Shown here piece after piece: positions 18,592 to 29,398 of a stretch of DNA of 64,000 nt. The notes under the pieces were generated by a model. The model had not been told where the DNA came from, searched no databases, and was given only the letters and a program-made list of their open reading frames with translations. The stretch's first letter is position 1; the number at the start of each line of letters is the position of its first letter. The position numbers and the translations under genes are program-made. Origin of the DNA: an uncultured Candidatus Saccharibacteria bacterium (GTDB lineage Bacteria > Patescibacteriota > WWE3 > 2-01-FULL-39-13); contig CAZEDS010000004.1 of assembly GCA_964510925.1 (NCBI GenBank), forward strand, positions 500 to 64,499, in the 5' to 3' direction.

Positions 18592-19792
18592 ATTCGGATA
18601 TCTTGCCCTGTTGAACTAAGTTGTAGAATTTAAACATTCTTTCGGCGACTTCTTTCCATGAATTTTTTAAACCATATTCTTGGTTTCTTTTTTCCATATC
18701 TTTTATGAATGGTGTGTCTTTATTTTCTAAAACAAAATTTATTTTATTTGCCACTTCTTTGTAATCTTTTGTTTCAATGCAGTATCCATTAACTTGATCC
18801 TTAATCAAAAATGGAAGTGCAGTATTGTTTGCAACAATACAAACCAAACCTTGGCTTAGTCCTTCATGTACAACATTGCAAAAGCTTTCCCATAAGGCCA
18901 TATGAACCATCATTTGAGCCTGTTTCATTAAATAAAATTTTTCTGCACCTTTTATAACTCCTGTAAAAACTACTCGATCTTGTAATCTAAGTTCGATGAT
19001 TAGATCATCTAAAATTTTCTTGTATCCTGCATTTGTATTTAGCTCGATTGGTCCAACGATTAAATATTTAATATCTTTTGGTAGATCTACCATTGCTCTA
19101 ATTACTGTTTCATAATTTTTGATAGGGTAGACTCTGCCAACTTGAATTATGTATCGGCCATAATTTTTAACTTTTTCTTTGAAGTCATCACTCACGTGTT
19201 CCACTAAATTTAGGTAAGCTTCGTCTTCGATACCATTATCAATGACTGCAATTTTCTTTGGGTTTAAACCTTTTTTGATCATTTCAGTTTTTTCCCAATT
19301 TGATACCGCACGTACACCATCGACTACTAAATTTATTAAGAATGTTCCTAGTGTAAAATGATAAAAGCTTTTAATGGTTGCAACCCATTTAGGAAATACA
19401 GACCATTCAGGATTGAATCCTCCATGTGGAGTTAAAAATAATGAAAAATTCTTTTTTCCTTTCAATTTTAGCCAATAAACATAAATCATTAAATTAAAAT
19501 GAGGGAATACATTAAAATTGTGTAAGCATACAAAATCTGCGTTTTGCCAATCAAATTCTGGCCAAAACCCGAATTTTTTAAATTGGTATCTTTTTACTTT
19601 GATTCCTTTTATCAAATCTGTAGGTGGAAGCACATTTTTTTCAGTTAATGTATCTGTTGATGTGTGCATAGTTATGTCCCAGCCCATTTCAACGAGTTTT
19701 GAATATGTTTCAAGCATGTTTACTTCAATACCAGCGGTAACTGGGATGAAATATTTTTCTATGACGTGCACAATTTTTTTATTTTCGCTCAT
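18581..19792 (-). CDS. glycosyltransferase family 4
   Basis: GRVYPIKN and ESFCNVVHEG (EX7E). Confidence 0.88.
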   Translation of the reverse strand: MSENKKIVHVIEKYFIPVTAGIEVNMLETYSKLVEMGWDITMHTSTDTLTEKNVLPPTDLIKGIKVKRYQFKKFGFWPEFDWQNADFVCLHNFNVFPHFNLMIYVYWLKLKGKKNFSLFLTPHGGFNPEWSVFPKWVATIKSFYHFTLGTFLINLVVDGVRAVSNWEKTEMIKKGLNPKKIAVIDNGIEDEAYLNLVEHVSDDFKEKVKNYGRYIIQVGRVYPIKNYETVIRAMVDLPKDIKYLIVGPIELNTNAGYKKILDDLIIELRLQDRVVFTGVIKGAEKFYLMKQAQMMVHMALWESFCNVVHEGLSQGLVCIVANNTALPFLIKDQVNGYCIETKDYKEVANKINFVLENKDTPFIKDMEKRNQEYGLKNSWKEVAERMFKFYNLVQQGKISEYVK

Positions 19793-20511
19793 GATGATTT
19801 TATTGCCCTTGTTCCAATTATTACAGGAAAATACTGATCGTTATAGTCGAGCTCTTCTTTTGTTAAATCTTGAATTGCCATGCCAACCCAAAATGCCTGA
19901 CCAGATAGAACATTGCCGTATGATTTTACTAATAAGTTTTCTGGAGTAACGTGCTTACCAAAAGTATATTCAGATGAAGCGACTGTAAATCTCCAGCAAT
20001 GATTTTTTATGTTCCAAACTGGGCTTAAACATGGCATTGTTACTAGCAATGTTCCACCTGGTTTTAGGATTCTAAAACATTCTTTTACTGCTGCATGGAA
20101 ATCATCAATCATTACGTATGTTTGCGTAATAATTAAGCAGTCGTACGTATTGCTTTCGATCATGTCTAGGTTTCGCATATCTCCATAAATATTGGCTTCT
20201 TTGTTGTTTGTATCTATATCTAAAACGTCACTTTTTGTGACAAGATTCCCACCAAATTTTTCGGTATATTGGTTATCTGTTATTTCAAGACATACGCCTT
20301 TGATATATTCTTTGTTTTCTTCTAGAAACGCTTCAATATAATAGCGGTCGACAGGAGTTCCACGGTCAAATCCGTACATGATGCTTGCAGGTTTTAAGCT
20401 TCTTTCTGGCGCTTTAAACAAGAAATAATTAGATTTTGGTCTAATTGTTCTAACTATGTATCCACGGACTATTCTTAAAAAATTAAGAATTTTGTTTTTC
20501 ATTTTATTCAT
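19789..20511 (-). CDS. class I SAM-dependent methyltransferase
   Basis: GFDRGTPVDRYYIE, YGDM, RILKPGG. Confidence 0.85.
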   Translation of the reverse strand: MNKMKNKILNFLRIVRGYIVRTIRPKSNYFLFKAPERSLKPASIMYGFDRGTPVDRYYIEAFLEENKEYIKGVCLEITDNQYTEKFGGNLVTKSDVLDIDTNNKEANIYGDMRNLDMIESNTYDCLIITQTYVMIDDFHAAVKECFRILKPGGTLLVTMPCLSPVWNIKNHCWRFTVASSEYTFGKHVTPENLLVKSYGNVLSGQAFWVGMAIQDLTKEELDYNDQYFPVIIGTRAIKSS

Positions 20512-21311
20512 AAAATTTTTTTAACTAAACCTCCTGCAAAACTTTTGACAAACCTTCTAAACTTTATGGAAGGTTCTAATATTGTTGTGGTAAATTCTCC
20601 AAAATCATGAGATTTATTGATTCCGATTCTTGGCAACAAGTATGGATTTGTATCTTTTGTAATTTCGTCATCATCCATTGAGATTGCAAATTCGTATCCT
20701 GCTTTTTTTACAGCATCAATTATTTCTGGAGTGTATCTTCCTCTTGGATATGAAAAAGCTCTAATTTTTGTATTGAAAGTTTTTTCTAAAATTTGTTTTG
20801 ACTCAAAAATTTCATTTTGTATATCTGCTTGAGTTAATTCCCAAAAATTTTTATGGGTTGAACTGTGTGATCCAATTTCCCAGCCATCTGCAATAAGTAA
20901 TTTAATTTCATCGTTAGTGAGAAACTCAAGTGAATTTTTTAATTGAGTTTTATCTGCGTTTGCATTATCTGCTATTAAAAATAGTATTGGCTTTATATTT
21001 TTTTCTTTTAAAAACTCTTTTATAGACAATATATCTTTGTATCCGTCATCAAATGTTAATAAGAATGAAGGGGTTTTAGGATTCACTGCCGTTCCATCTA
21101 ATATCTTTTTTATGCTATTTAAATTTAAAAGTTTATATTTGTAAAACAAAAAATTTATTTGTCTTTTGAAAACGTTAGCATCGATTGCATGATCCCAGTT
21201 GCTTTGAGATATTGAGTGATAACAAAGTATAAATGGTCCGATTTCTACAGGTCTCAACGTAGCAAGTGTCTTATATATTACTTTTCTTATTGTGTTAAAT
21301 AGTATGCTCAT
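20508..21311 (-). CDS. polysaccharide deacetylase (CE4)
   Basis: LCYH, TFDDG, HSSTH, FSYPRG. Confidence 0.9.
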   Translation of the reverse strand: MSILFNTIRKVIYKTLATLRPVEIGPFILCYHSISQSNWDHAIDANVFKRQINFLFYKYKLLNLNSIKKILDGTAVNPKTPSFLLTFDDGYKDILSIKEFLKEKNIKPILFLIADNANADKTQLKNSLEFLTNDEIKLLIADGWEIGSHSSTHKNFWELTQADIQNEIFESKQILEKTFNTKIRAFSYPRGRYTPEIIDAVKKAGYEFAISMDDDEITKDTNPYLLPRIGINKSHDFGEFTTTILEPSIKFRRFVKSFAGGLVKKIL

Positions 21312-21312
21312 A

Positions 21313-22218
21313 TTATTTTCTAAGGTTTTTTGAACTAGTGACTATTTTCCAAGTATCTTTTTTTTCTGTTAAACCTAGCTTTGTTTTTATTACTATGTAA
21401 ATTGTTGTGATTGCATAAATGATTGCCATTAATGGCTTTTGTAAAAAAAGTTTTAGACCTTCTGAAGCAAATTCTTGTTTCGGAATTTTGAAATGCTGGT
21501 CAATGAATTCTCTATCAAATTGATTTGCTAATTTTTTGTTTACAGCAAAAAAACGCGAACTTTGTTTTATATGATCTGCCGGATTATCAGGTAGCTTAAT
21601 AAATACTTCTGCCTCATTTACATATTCATAATTAAAACCATTTTTTATACAAGTTAAATAGGAGTAGGCGTCTTCTGCAATACTTCCTTTGAACTCAAAT
21701 TGTTCATAAAACCTTTTTGAGAATGCTCTGTGTGATCCATGGCATGTGAAAATATTTTTTCCAGAATTGAATTTTGCAAAAGCATTTCTTCGTAGTTCTG
21801 ATCCAAAACATATTATTTTTTCGAAAAAGGTAGTTGGTTCAATCTCAAAAAGAGGACCGCAAACTAAATCTGCGCCATTATTTATGGCCTTTGCCATAGC
21901 ATTGATGACATTTTTATCTTTAATTTGTATATCTGCATTTAATAGAATCAAAATATCGCTACTACATTTTTTAATAATTTGGTTTTGTCTTGCACCTTGT
22001 CCTTCTCTAATTTGATTTTTTATTAGGACTACTTTTTCGTTGTTAAAATTTGTGACAATTTCGTCTGTTTTATCCTCACTTGCATCAGAAGATACTAATA
22101 TTTGATCTAACTCAAAGTCTATTTGATTTTGCTCGAGCAAATCGGCAATTAGATATCCGATATTGGCTTCTTCGTTATATGCTGGTATTCCAATTGTGAC
22201 TGTCGGTTTAGAGGTCAT
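21313..22218 (-). CDS. glycosyltransferase family 2
   Basis: IPAYNEE, DASED, NAD, EDAY. Confidence 0.9.
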   Translation of the reverse strand: MTSKPTVTIGIPAYNEEANIGYLIADLLEQNQIDFELDQILVSSDASEDKTDEIVTNFNNEKVVLIKNQIREGQGARQNQIIKKCSSDILILLNADIQIKDKNVINAMAKAINNGADLVCGPLFEIEPTTFFEKIICFGSELRRNAFAKFNSGKNIFTCHGSHRAFSKRFYEQFEFKGSIAEDAYSYLTCIKNGFNYEYVNEAEVFIKLPDNPADHIKQSSRFFAVNKKLANQFDREFIDQHFKIPKQEFASEGLKLFLQKPLMAIIYAITTIYIVIKTKLGLTEKKDTWKIVTSSKNLRK

Positions 22219-23122
22219 TTACGATTTGCTTTTTTGTTGAATTAACTAATGTCCAATTTGCTATAGCGGTCTTTTTAGATTCTTTATAAAAATATTTTGC
22301 GTAAAAGTTTAGTATGAAAATTACAGTACAGTGTAGAGGCCATCTTAAAAATGCTTGTAATTTATATTTGTACAACATTGATTTTGGAATTACATATTCT
22401 GGTAATATCCAATCACCAAAATAGCTAATCAAAGCTTTATCTTCTCTTTGGTATCGACTAATTTGCTTAATATAATCATTGCTTGTTGCTGGAAGTGTAA
22501 AAAGTGTGCCAGCTGATTTTGCCGATACGAATTTGCCACCGTCTCGTAGGCATATAAAATAATGGAATCCGATATCTGCCCAGACTGTTTCTGGGAACGG
22601 ATTCTTTTTGGCAAATTCATTTTTTAATGCATAAAGTTGTCCGTGGCAAGAGTAAACGCTGTTTCCATTTTTCAAATTTAGACGAACTTTGTCCCAAACT
22701 GATCTGCTAACATATACTGCTTGTTCAATAAAATTTTGTGGTTTTACTACTTTGGGTCCACCCGATGTATATACGACTTCTGAATTTTCGATGAATGGTT
22801 TTATTAAATTATCGAATGTATCATAGGTTGCAGGGATGACATCTGCGTCAACTAGGGCAACAATGTCTCCTTTGGCTATCTCAAATATTTCGTTAATTCG
22901 TTTAATTTTTCCTTTGCGATCAGTGCTATCAATTACTTTTATTTTAGGATCTTCGACCTCACTTGCTTTTTTGACTGTAGCATCTGAACTTCCATCTGAC
23001 ATTACAATTATTTCTAATAGTTCAAAATTAGTTTGCTGCTGCCTTAGTAATCTGTTTAGTAAGTTTTTAATATTTGCTTCTTCGTTATAAGCTGGGACGC
23101 CGATTGTAAGTGTAGGTTTCAT
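22208..23122 (-). CDS. glycosyltransferase family 2 (paralog of neighbour)
   Basis: VPAYNEE, DGSSD, DAD. Confidence 0.9.
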   Translation of the reverse strand: MKPTLTIGVPAYNEEANIKNLLNRLLRQQQTNFELLEIIVMSDGSSDATVKKASEVEDPKIKVIDSTDRKGKIKRINEIFEIAKGDIVALVDADVIPATYDTFDNLIKPFIENSEVVYTSGGPKVVKPQNFIEQAVYVSRSVWDKVRLNLKNGNSVYSCHGQLYALKNEFAKKNPFPETVWADIGFHYFICLRDGGKFVSAKSAGTLFTLPATSNDYIKQISRYQREDKALISYFGDWILPEYVIPKSMLYKYKLQAFLRWPLHCTVIFILNFYAKYFYKESKKTAIANWTLVNSTKKQIVNDL

Positions 23123-23126
23123 ATAA

Positions 23127-26100
23127 TTATTTTTGTTGTGTTGACGTTTCTGTTTTGTTAAATAATAAACTTGTAAAATTTGCTAAGTAATTTTTGTTTT
23201 TAATATTTTTTGCGATCTCGAGTTCTAAAATAGGTATTAATTTTAAAGCAGAGCCGTCCCATGTAAAATTTTTAGACCAAGCTAATGAATTATTTTGTAG
23301 GTTGGTTAAAAGTTCTGGATCTTCGATTATTTGTTTAATTCTTTTTGTAAAATCATTGACGCTTCCATATTTGACTAAGTATCCACTGTATTCGTGTTTA
23401 ACTGAATCTTTTAAACCTGGTACATTTGATGCAAGTACTGGCGTTCCACAAGAGTTTGCTTCAATTACTGAAATTCCCCAACCTTCCCAAATTGAAGGAT
23501 ATACAAAAATCCAAGCAGCTGACATGAGTTGGATTTTTTCTTCTTCTGTGACTTTGCCCAAAAATTTTATATGTTTTTCTAATTTTAATTTTTCAACAAT
23601 TTTTTGTAAGTGTGGGGTGTGGTCACCGAATCCAGCAATATTTAATTCAATGTTTGGAATTTCTTTTTTTAGTTTATCAATTGCATGAATTACTACTTCG
23701 ATAGATTTGTAAGATTTGATTCTGCCGAGATATAAAAGTGAAGGATGCTCAGTTTTTTTGCTTGTATAAAATTTAGATGATTCTGCACCAGGGTGAATAA
23801 TTTCAATTGCCTGATTTTTGCCTAGTCCAATTTTTATCATATCTTTTTTTGTCGAATCTGAAACAGTTATCATCTTGCAATTTTTATATACGATTGGCAT
23901 TATGTTAGATTCTAAAAACCTAGCAATATATGCAATTGGTTTTAAATGCAATGCAAGATCTAGCTCTTTTAAAATTATTTCTCGATGTACGTGGTGTACA
24001 AGACCGATAACAGGAGCGTCTGCATAAATAGGGGAGAAAAATGGGATTCCATTTTCTGAATCTATAACGACATCAAATTTTCCTCTGAATCTAAAAATGT
24101 AATAGATAAATGACCAAATATATACGGTGAATTGGCCACCTCTTCTTATTATGTAAATACCATCAATGGTTTCTCTACGTTTTGATTTTTGGTCATTTCC
24201 GCAGAATATAACGATAGACATTCCTTGTTTTTTTAAGCTTTTTGCAATTTCATGAACATAGGCTTCAGCACCACCTGCCCAAGTGTGTTTGGTATCTCTC
24301 CAGTTTAATATTAAAACACGCTTATTTTTATTTTCGATATGATCACTTGGAAGTTCTGAAAATAAATCTATAAAATCTTTTATATTGAGCCAAATTGTAA
24401 GAATATTTTTTTCATAATAATGAACTACAAAGGTCACCCCTAGGTTCAAAATTGAAAGAATAAAAATAGTATTAATAAAAGTTTGTAAGTTTGTTCCAAA
24501 TATAGAAAGAGCAGTAATCTGTGCCATTGCTATTACAAAGCTGATTATTGGGGTAATATAGTTTTTTCTGATTTGGTGGAATCCAATCACACAGCTTGAA
24601 AGTGTGAAGAATAATATTGCTAATGCATACTCTGGTAACAAGTAAGTTACAGGTACTATTTTTTGGCCTAATAAAATTGGAGCTGTTATATTTCCAAAAT
24701 ATCCAAAGAATAAATATGAAAAAAATCCGATGATTGCTGTAAACCCAAAAATCCAATAAAAACGTTGGCTGCTGTCTGCTTGTTCACCTTCACTCTTGCT
24801 TATAAATGGAACTAAAAACTGTCCAGCCAGTGAGCTTAAAAAGAATATCATTTTGCCTACTAGTGAAATCAACGCATAATATCCTGCATCGCTAGGTGAT
24901 AAATAATGTTTAGCCAAAATAATATCAATGCTAATAAATGCGATAACTGAAAATCTATAGATTACACCGCTTAAAAAAAATTCAGTAGGGAACTTTAATA
25001 TAATGTTAGAATTTTCAATTTGTTTATCTGTTTTGATTCTGCAAGCAAATACGTATCCGATTATTAGGGCCACAATCATTGATAATGGAATTGCATAATA
25101 CACAGAATCTTTTGATATATATGTATTGAGCAAATAAGTTAGAGCTAGTTTTGCAATTGGTTCCGATACAATTACAATGCTCAACAATTTGAATTTGTGT
25201 ACTCCATTAATATATCCATAATCGATTGATGAAAGTGCACCTATAATCCAAATCGGAGCAAATATAATAAATGGTATTACTGAACTTTCATTGAAAAAAC
25301 TTATTATAAATGGAGTTGCGATTAACCATGCGATGGCAAAAATTGTTGAGATTCCAAAAAATTTCTTTCGAGCATATCTCCAGAATCTGCCTATGATTTG
25401 GTCGAATTTCCCAAGAGAATATCCACTTTCGTATGCAACAGTTAACGATAATGAGCTAAAAAATAATGACGCAACAAATAAAAAGTTATTGAATAAACTT
25501 ATTAATCCAAAATCTTCGATGGTAAGGACTCTGCTCAGGTATGCGTTGCAAAGATAATTTAATGCATTACTAGCAAGTAATGCGATTATTAAAATAAATT
25601 CGCCATTTTTGTTGAGCTTATTAATCGCAAGAGCTAAGACTTTTATTTTTTTTTCTTCTTTTGGATTTGTTGTTACTGTTAGTTTTTCAGGTTCAATATT
25701 TGTAGCATTTTTTGGTTTATCTTTATTATTTTTTTTGAATAATGAAAATCTTTTTTTTTGGATAAGGTGAAGGCCGTGATTTGTTTTTTCCCAGTGATGC
25801 GGATTAAATATTAGCTGATAAAAGGCCATTACGGCGGCAAAAAACATTAATATCCAATAGAAAGGCACGAGAAAAACAAATTTCATTAATCCCCAATGAC
25901 CTCTTTTTGCACAGCCGATCATATAGTTATAAAGATAAATGAAATTACCAAATATCAATGAAATTGCGGCCATATAAAAAACTACAGTTGGGAACAGCGA
26001 TTCAATAAAAGGTGCAAGTTGGTTATAAAATACAAAATATGAAATTGTTGTTAGCCATAAAAATGGGTTGATTAAAATAAAGCTAATTCTGAGTCCAATT

Positions 26101-27902
26101 ATTAATTGAAATACAAAAGCATGTTTCCCATGTGCTTTAAAAAATTTAGCAGGGTTTCTCATGTGCACCAGATATGTTTGCATGTATCCTTTAATCCATC
26201 TTGATCGCTGTCTGATCCAATTTCGTGTGTTACTGTTTGCTTCTTCTAAAGTAGTTGAATCAATAATTGCGGTTGTGTAACCTAGTTTGAAAAGTCTAGA
26301 ACCAAGATCGCAGTCCTCAGTTACATTGAATGGATCCCAACCTTGTAATTCACGCAATTTTTTTGTTATGAAATGGTTGCTTGTTCCACCTAAAGGAATG
26401 ATCGTATTAATTGATTGGAGCCCAGGCAAAATAACATCAAACCAGAGTGAATATTCTGCAGTAAAAAAGCGTGTTAATAAATTGTGATTAGCGTTAAAGT
26501 AGTTTAATTTTGCTTGTACGCAAACTGTTTTTTCTCCAAGTTTGGTAAAGGCAAGATAGGCTTTTTTAAGTTGGTCTGGATCTGGTTTGTCTTCTGCATC
26601 ATAAATAACCACATATTCTCCATTTGCCCTTAAAAGTCCGTAATTACATGCTTTTGGCTTGGTCTTTGGCATTGAATGCGGTACAACCATTACTTTGAAA
26701 TACGAAGGTAATGTAATAGATTTTGCTGTTTCTATCGTTTCTAGATCATTAGCTTCTAATAGCAAAAGAACCTCAAGTTTATCTTTCGGCCAATTTAATG
26801 CCTCAATATGCTCCGCAAAAAAAGGCAAAACTTCTGATTCTTTGTAAAGTGGGCATAATACTGTATAAAGTGGCAAGGTTTTGTCATCTATTGCTGCGAT
26901 TTCATCCTTTTCAAACGTGAATTCTGGTGGGAAATGAAGACTTTTTAAAATCACATAAACATTAAAAAGCACATCTAAGAAGTAGATCGTGCTTAATATT
27001 GCAATGAAAATTAATGCGCATAAAAATGGATTGTAAATTATTGCTGCGATTAAGCCTATTCCAATTAATCCAAATGCTATTTTTTGAGATCTAACAAATG
27101 TATAAATTGCGGATTCTTTATGTGGAAGATGAGAGTGAGTTAAATATGCTTTTTTCTTATAAATGATACCTTTTTCAAAAGTATTCGGTTCATCAAGTTC
27201 GTATATTTTTTTAGGAGATAGTTTAACTTTTAACGCACACATTATAATTGCGTATGAAGTTTTTATTATCCCTACCTTTGAAGCACCATGCTTTCTGTCA
27301 CTGAATGTTATCGTTACCGAATCAAAGGTATAACCAAGTTCTCGTGCGGCTTCAAGCAAAGGAATGTCAAAAGTCCAAGGCGTAACGAGTTTTCTGTTAA
27401 TGTGGTTAATAATTTCTTTGCGAAAAATTTTTAGGCCAGATTGAATATCTACGTCCATACCTAAGAGCATTTTTCCAACTATAAAAGCGTTAACTTTTGA
27501 TAAAACGGCTCTTTCTCTAGAGAGGTTTTGAGTTTTGCGTTGTGCAATTACAACTCCAGTTTTAGCGTTTTCTTGGAGCTTTTTTACCATCTCTGGCAAA
27601 TGTTTAGGATGATATTGCAAATCGCCGTCAATAAATGCCACAAAATCAGCTGTTACTAGGTCTAGACCTTCTAAAATTGAATAACCTTTTCCGCCTTTTC
27701 CTTGCTTTTCATGAAGTATTACTGGATGGCTATCTTGCATTTTTTTAATATTTTCGATAGTTTTATCAGTGGATTGATCTACGATGAAGATTATTCTATA
27801 TTCTATGTTAGAGGGGGCGAGTGCCTGCTCAATGCTCAATACCATGTCTTTGATATTTTTTTCTTCGTTTTTTACGGGGACAATAATATCGATGACCGAC
27901 AT
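23127..27902 (-). CDS. multidomain GT2(DPM-like)-GT2(processive)-flippase-GT4 fusion
   Basis: N-terminal VPVKNEE/DGDLQ; second GT2 with KPKACN, YDAED, TED, RQRSRW; a Wzx/MATE-like TM block; C-terminal GT4 with GGAE, GRIKSYK, EGWGISVIEA. Confidence 0.85.
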   Translation of the reverse strand: MSVIDIIVPVKNEEKNIKDMVLSIEQALAPSNIEYRIIFIVDQSTDKTIENIKKMQDSHPVILHEKQGKGGKGYSILEGLDLVTADFVAFIDGDLQYHPKHLPEMVKKLQENAKTGVVIAQRKTQNLSRERAVLSKVNAFIVGKMLLGMDVDIQSGLKIFRKEIINHINRKLVTPWTFDIPLLEAARELGYTFDSVTITFSDRKHGASKVGIIKTSYAIIMCALKVKLSPKKIYELDEPNTFEKGIIYKKKAYLTHSHLPHKESAIYTFVRSQKIAFGLIGIGLIAAIIYNPFLCALIFIAILSTIYFLDVLFNVYVILKSLHFPPEFTFEKDEIAAIDDKTLPLYTVLCPLYKESEVLPFFAEHIEALNWPKDKLEVLLLLEANDLETIETAKSITLPSYFKVMVVPHSMPKTKPKACNYGLLRANGEYVVIYDAEDKPDPDQLKKAYLAFTKLGEKTVCVQAKLNYFNANHNLLTRFFTAEYSLWFDVILPGLQSINTIIPLGGTSNHFITKKLRELQGWDPFNVTEDCDLGSRLFKLGYTTAIIDSTTLEEANSNTRNWIRQRSRWIKGYMQTYLVHMRNPAKFFKAHGKHAFVFQLIIGLRISFILINPFLWLTTISYFVFYNQLAPFIESLFPTVVFYMAAISLIFGNFIYLYNYMIGCAKRGHWGLMKFVFLVPFYWILMFFAAVMAFYQLIFNPHHWEKTNHGLHLIQKKRFSLFKKNNKDKPKNATNIEPEKLTVTTNPKEEKKIKVLALAINKLNKNGEFILIIALLASNALNYLCNAYLSRVLTIEDFGLISLFNNFLFVASLFFSSLSLTVAYESGYSLGKFDQIIGRFWRYARKKFFGISTIFAIAWLIATPFIISFFNESSVIPFIIFAPIWIIGALSSIDYGYINGVHKFKLLSIVIVSEPIAKLALTYLLNTYISKDSVYYAIPLSMIVALIIGYVFACRIKTDKQIENSNIILKFPTEFFLSGVIYRFSVIAFISIDIILAKHYLSPSDAGYYALISLVGKMIFFLSSLAGQFLVPFISKSEGEQADSSQRFYWIFGFTAIIGFFSYLFFGYFGNITAPILLGQKIVPVTYLLPEYALAILFFTLSSCVIGFHQIRKNYITPIISFVIAMAQITALSIFGTNLQTFINTIFILSILNLGVTFVVHYYEKNILTIWLNIKDFIDLFSELPSDHIENKNKRVLILNWRDTKHTWAGGAEAYVHEIAKSLKKQGMSIVIFCGNDQKSKRRETIDGIYIIRRGGQFTVYIWSFIYYIFRFRGKFDVVIDSENGIPFFSPIYADAPVIGLVHHVHREIILKELDLALHLKPIAYIARFLESNIMPIVYKNCKMITVSDSTKKDMIKIGLGKNQAIEIIHPGAESSKFYTSKKTEHPSLLYLGRIKSYKSIEVVIHAIDKLKKEIPNIELNIAGFGDHTPHLQKIVEKLKLEKHIKFLGKVTEEEKIQLMSAAWIFVYPSIWEGWGISVIEANSCGTPVLASNVPGLKDSVKHEYSGYLVKYGSVNDFTKRIKQIIEDPELLTNLQNNSLAWSKNFTWDGSALKLIPILELEIAKNIKNKNYLANFTSLLFNKTETSTQQK

Positions 27903-28036
27903 AGTAATAAAATTAACACTAAACACCCAAGCCCAGGGCACTGGCTATAGGTTTAGATTATACAGGAAAATTCTGTTAGATGGGTAGTGGCAAATTCTCT
28001 AAATTAGGCCTTTTAGAAGAGAGTATAATCAACGGT

Positions 28037-28567
28037 ATGCTTCTTTCAGTAAACGATGTCCCACAAATAGTAAAACTTCTTAAAGCCGGTGAGATTGTAG
28101 TGATGCCGACAGACACAATATACGGGATTCACTGTCTACCTCATTATCAAGATTTAATTGATAAAATCTGTGAAATTAAGAAACGTGCTAAAGATATGCC
28201 TTTAATAACACTTATAAGTAATTGGGCTGAAATCATAAATTTTGATGTAAAGCTTGATGATTTTGAGCAAGACCAAATTAGAAACTATTGGCCTGGTCCA
28301 AACACACTAATTTTTAAGACGAATCATGGTACAACAAAGAGTTTTCGGTTGCCTGAGAGTGAGTTTTTGATATCAGTATTGAAAAAAACTGGACCACTTG
28401 TCTCTACTAGCGCTAATTTGCATGGGTTTCCTACAGCAAAAAGTATAGCTGAAGCTGAGCAGATTTTTGGCGATTCCATAAAATATTATGTAGATGGGGG
28501 TTTTTTGAATAATCCTCCTTCATCTATTTATAGGTTCGAGAATGATCAAATTGCAAAGTTAAGATAA
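28037..28567 (+). CDS. tsaC: L-threonylcarbamoyladenylate synthase (Sua5/YrdC)
   Basis: PTDTIYG, KKR, WPGP, STSAN. Confidence 0.9.
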   Translation: MLLSVNDVPQIVKLLKAGEIVVMPTDTIYGIHCLPHYQDLIDKICEIKKRAKDMPLITLISNWAEIINFDVKLDDFEQDQIRNYWPGPNTLIFKTNHGTTKSFRLPESEFLISVLKKTGPLVSTSANLHGFPTAKSIAEAEQIFGDSIKYYVDGGFLNNPPSSIYRFENDQIAKLR

Positions 28568-28630
28568 TCAATCATTTTGTAGAATATTTGCCGGATTATC
28601 GGTATAATCACATAACCTCCCAAAATAAAT

Positions 28631-29398
28631 ATGCATAACAATATAGAAGATATGTTTGGTCTGGATTTTGATCCTTTGCCAGGAGCAGTGATTCTTCACG
28701 AATCTGTAGCTGCTTACGATTTAGCGCCACCGAAGATTAGGATTATTGACAGTACTGTTGATAATATAGGCTTTTCATTTAAACAACCAAATGGGCAGAC
28801 TCGAATTGAGTTTGTTATTTCTGAATCAAAATTAATGGAACCTACAGCTAAAGATGAGTTTGATATCTGGAAATATACCTCATCTGCAGCACTGGTCGCT
28901 AGACATGGATACGCTTTTGCACCTGCAATAGCATTTGAGAATCCTGATCATCAACAATTTGCGGTTTCTTTGATCCATCATTCTCTTAATTCAATAATTT
29001 TAGAGTCAATGTTTAAGAAACATCCTGATGGTCAGGCCCTTTTTGATAAATGCACTAAGATTTTTTTTAAAGAAATTAACAGCAAAGGTAAAACACAAAA
29101 TCCACTTGTGAATATTTTGCAACGAAATCAATCAATTCGTGCATATTCACGTACAAACAAAGGTAGTAAATATGTTATAAAAGACTTGTTGCAACAGGAT
29201 TTATTGTTGAGTCAATCATATTATTTACAGCGTGTGAATGCACACCTTGTGTCAGATCCATTTAATAACATCAGTCTTAATACTTTAACTGATATGGTAG
29301 CTGATACTCTTAATATTTTAGTTTTTTATAGAGAGTTGCAAAGAGACCATAGTTTAAAGAATTTAAGAGTTGAACAGGGGCTTTATTGGATGGATTAG
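28631..29398 (+). CDS. hypothetical protein
   Basis: 255-aa ORF preceded by GGTATAAT. Confidence 0.6.
   Translation: MHNNIEDMFGLDFDPLPGAVILHESVAAYDLAPPKIRIIDSTVDNIGFSFKQPNGQTRIEFVISESKLMEPTAKDEFDIWKYTSSAALVARHGYAFAPAIAFENPDHQQFAVSLIHHSLNSIILESMFKKHPDGQALFDKCTKIFFKEINSKGKTQNPLVNILQRNQSIRAYSRTNKGSKYVIKDLLQQDLLLSQSYYLQRVNAHLVSDPFNNISLNTLTDMVADTLNILVFYRELQRDHSLKNLRVEQGLYWMD

Noticed and set aside
14256-27987. Many 60-160-aa plus-strand ORFs within the glycan operon, and similar ones elsewhere
   Set aside because: They are antisense or out-of-frame shadows of well-supported genes, with no motifs.
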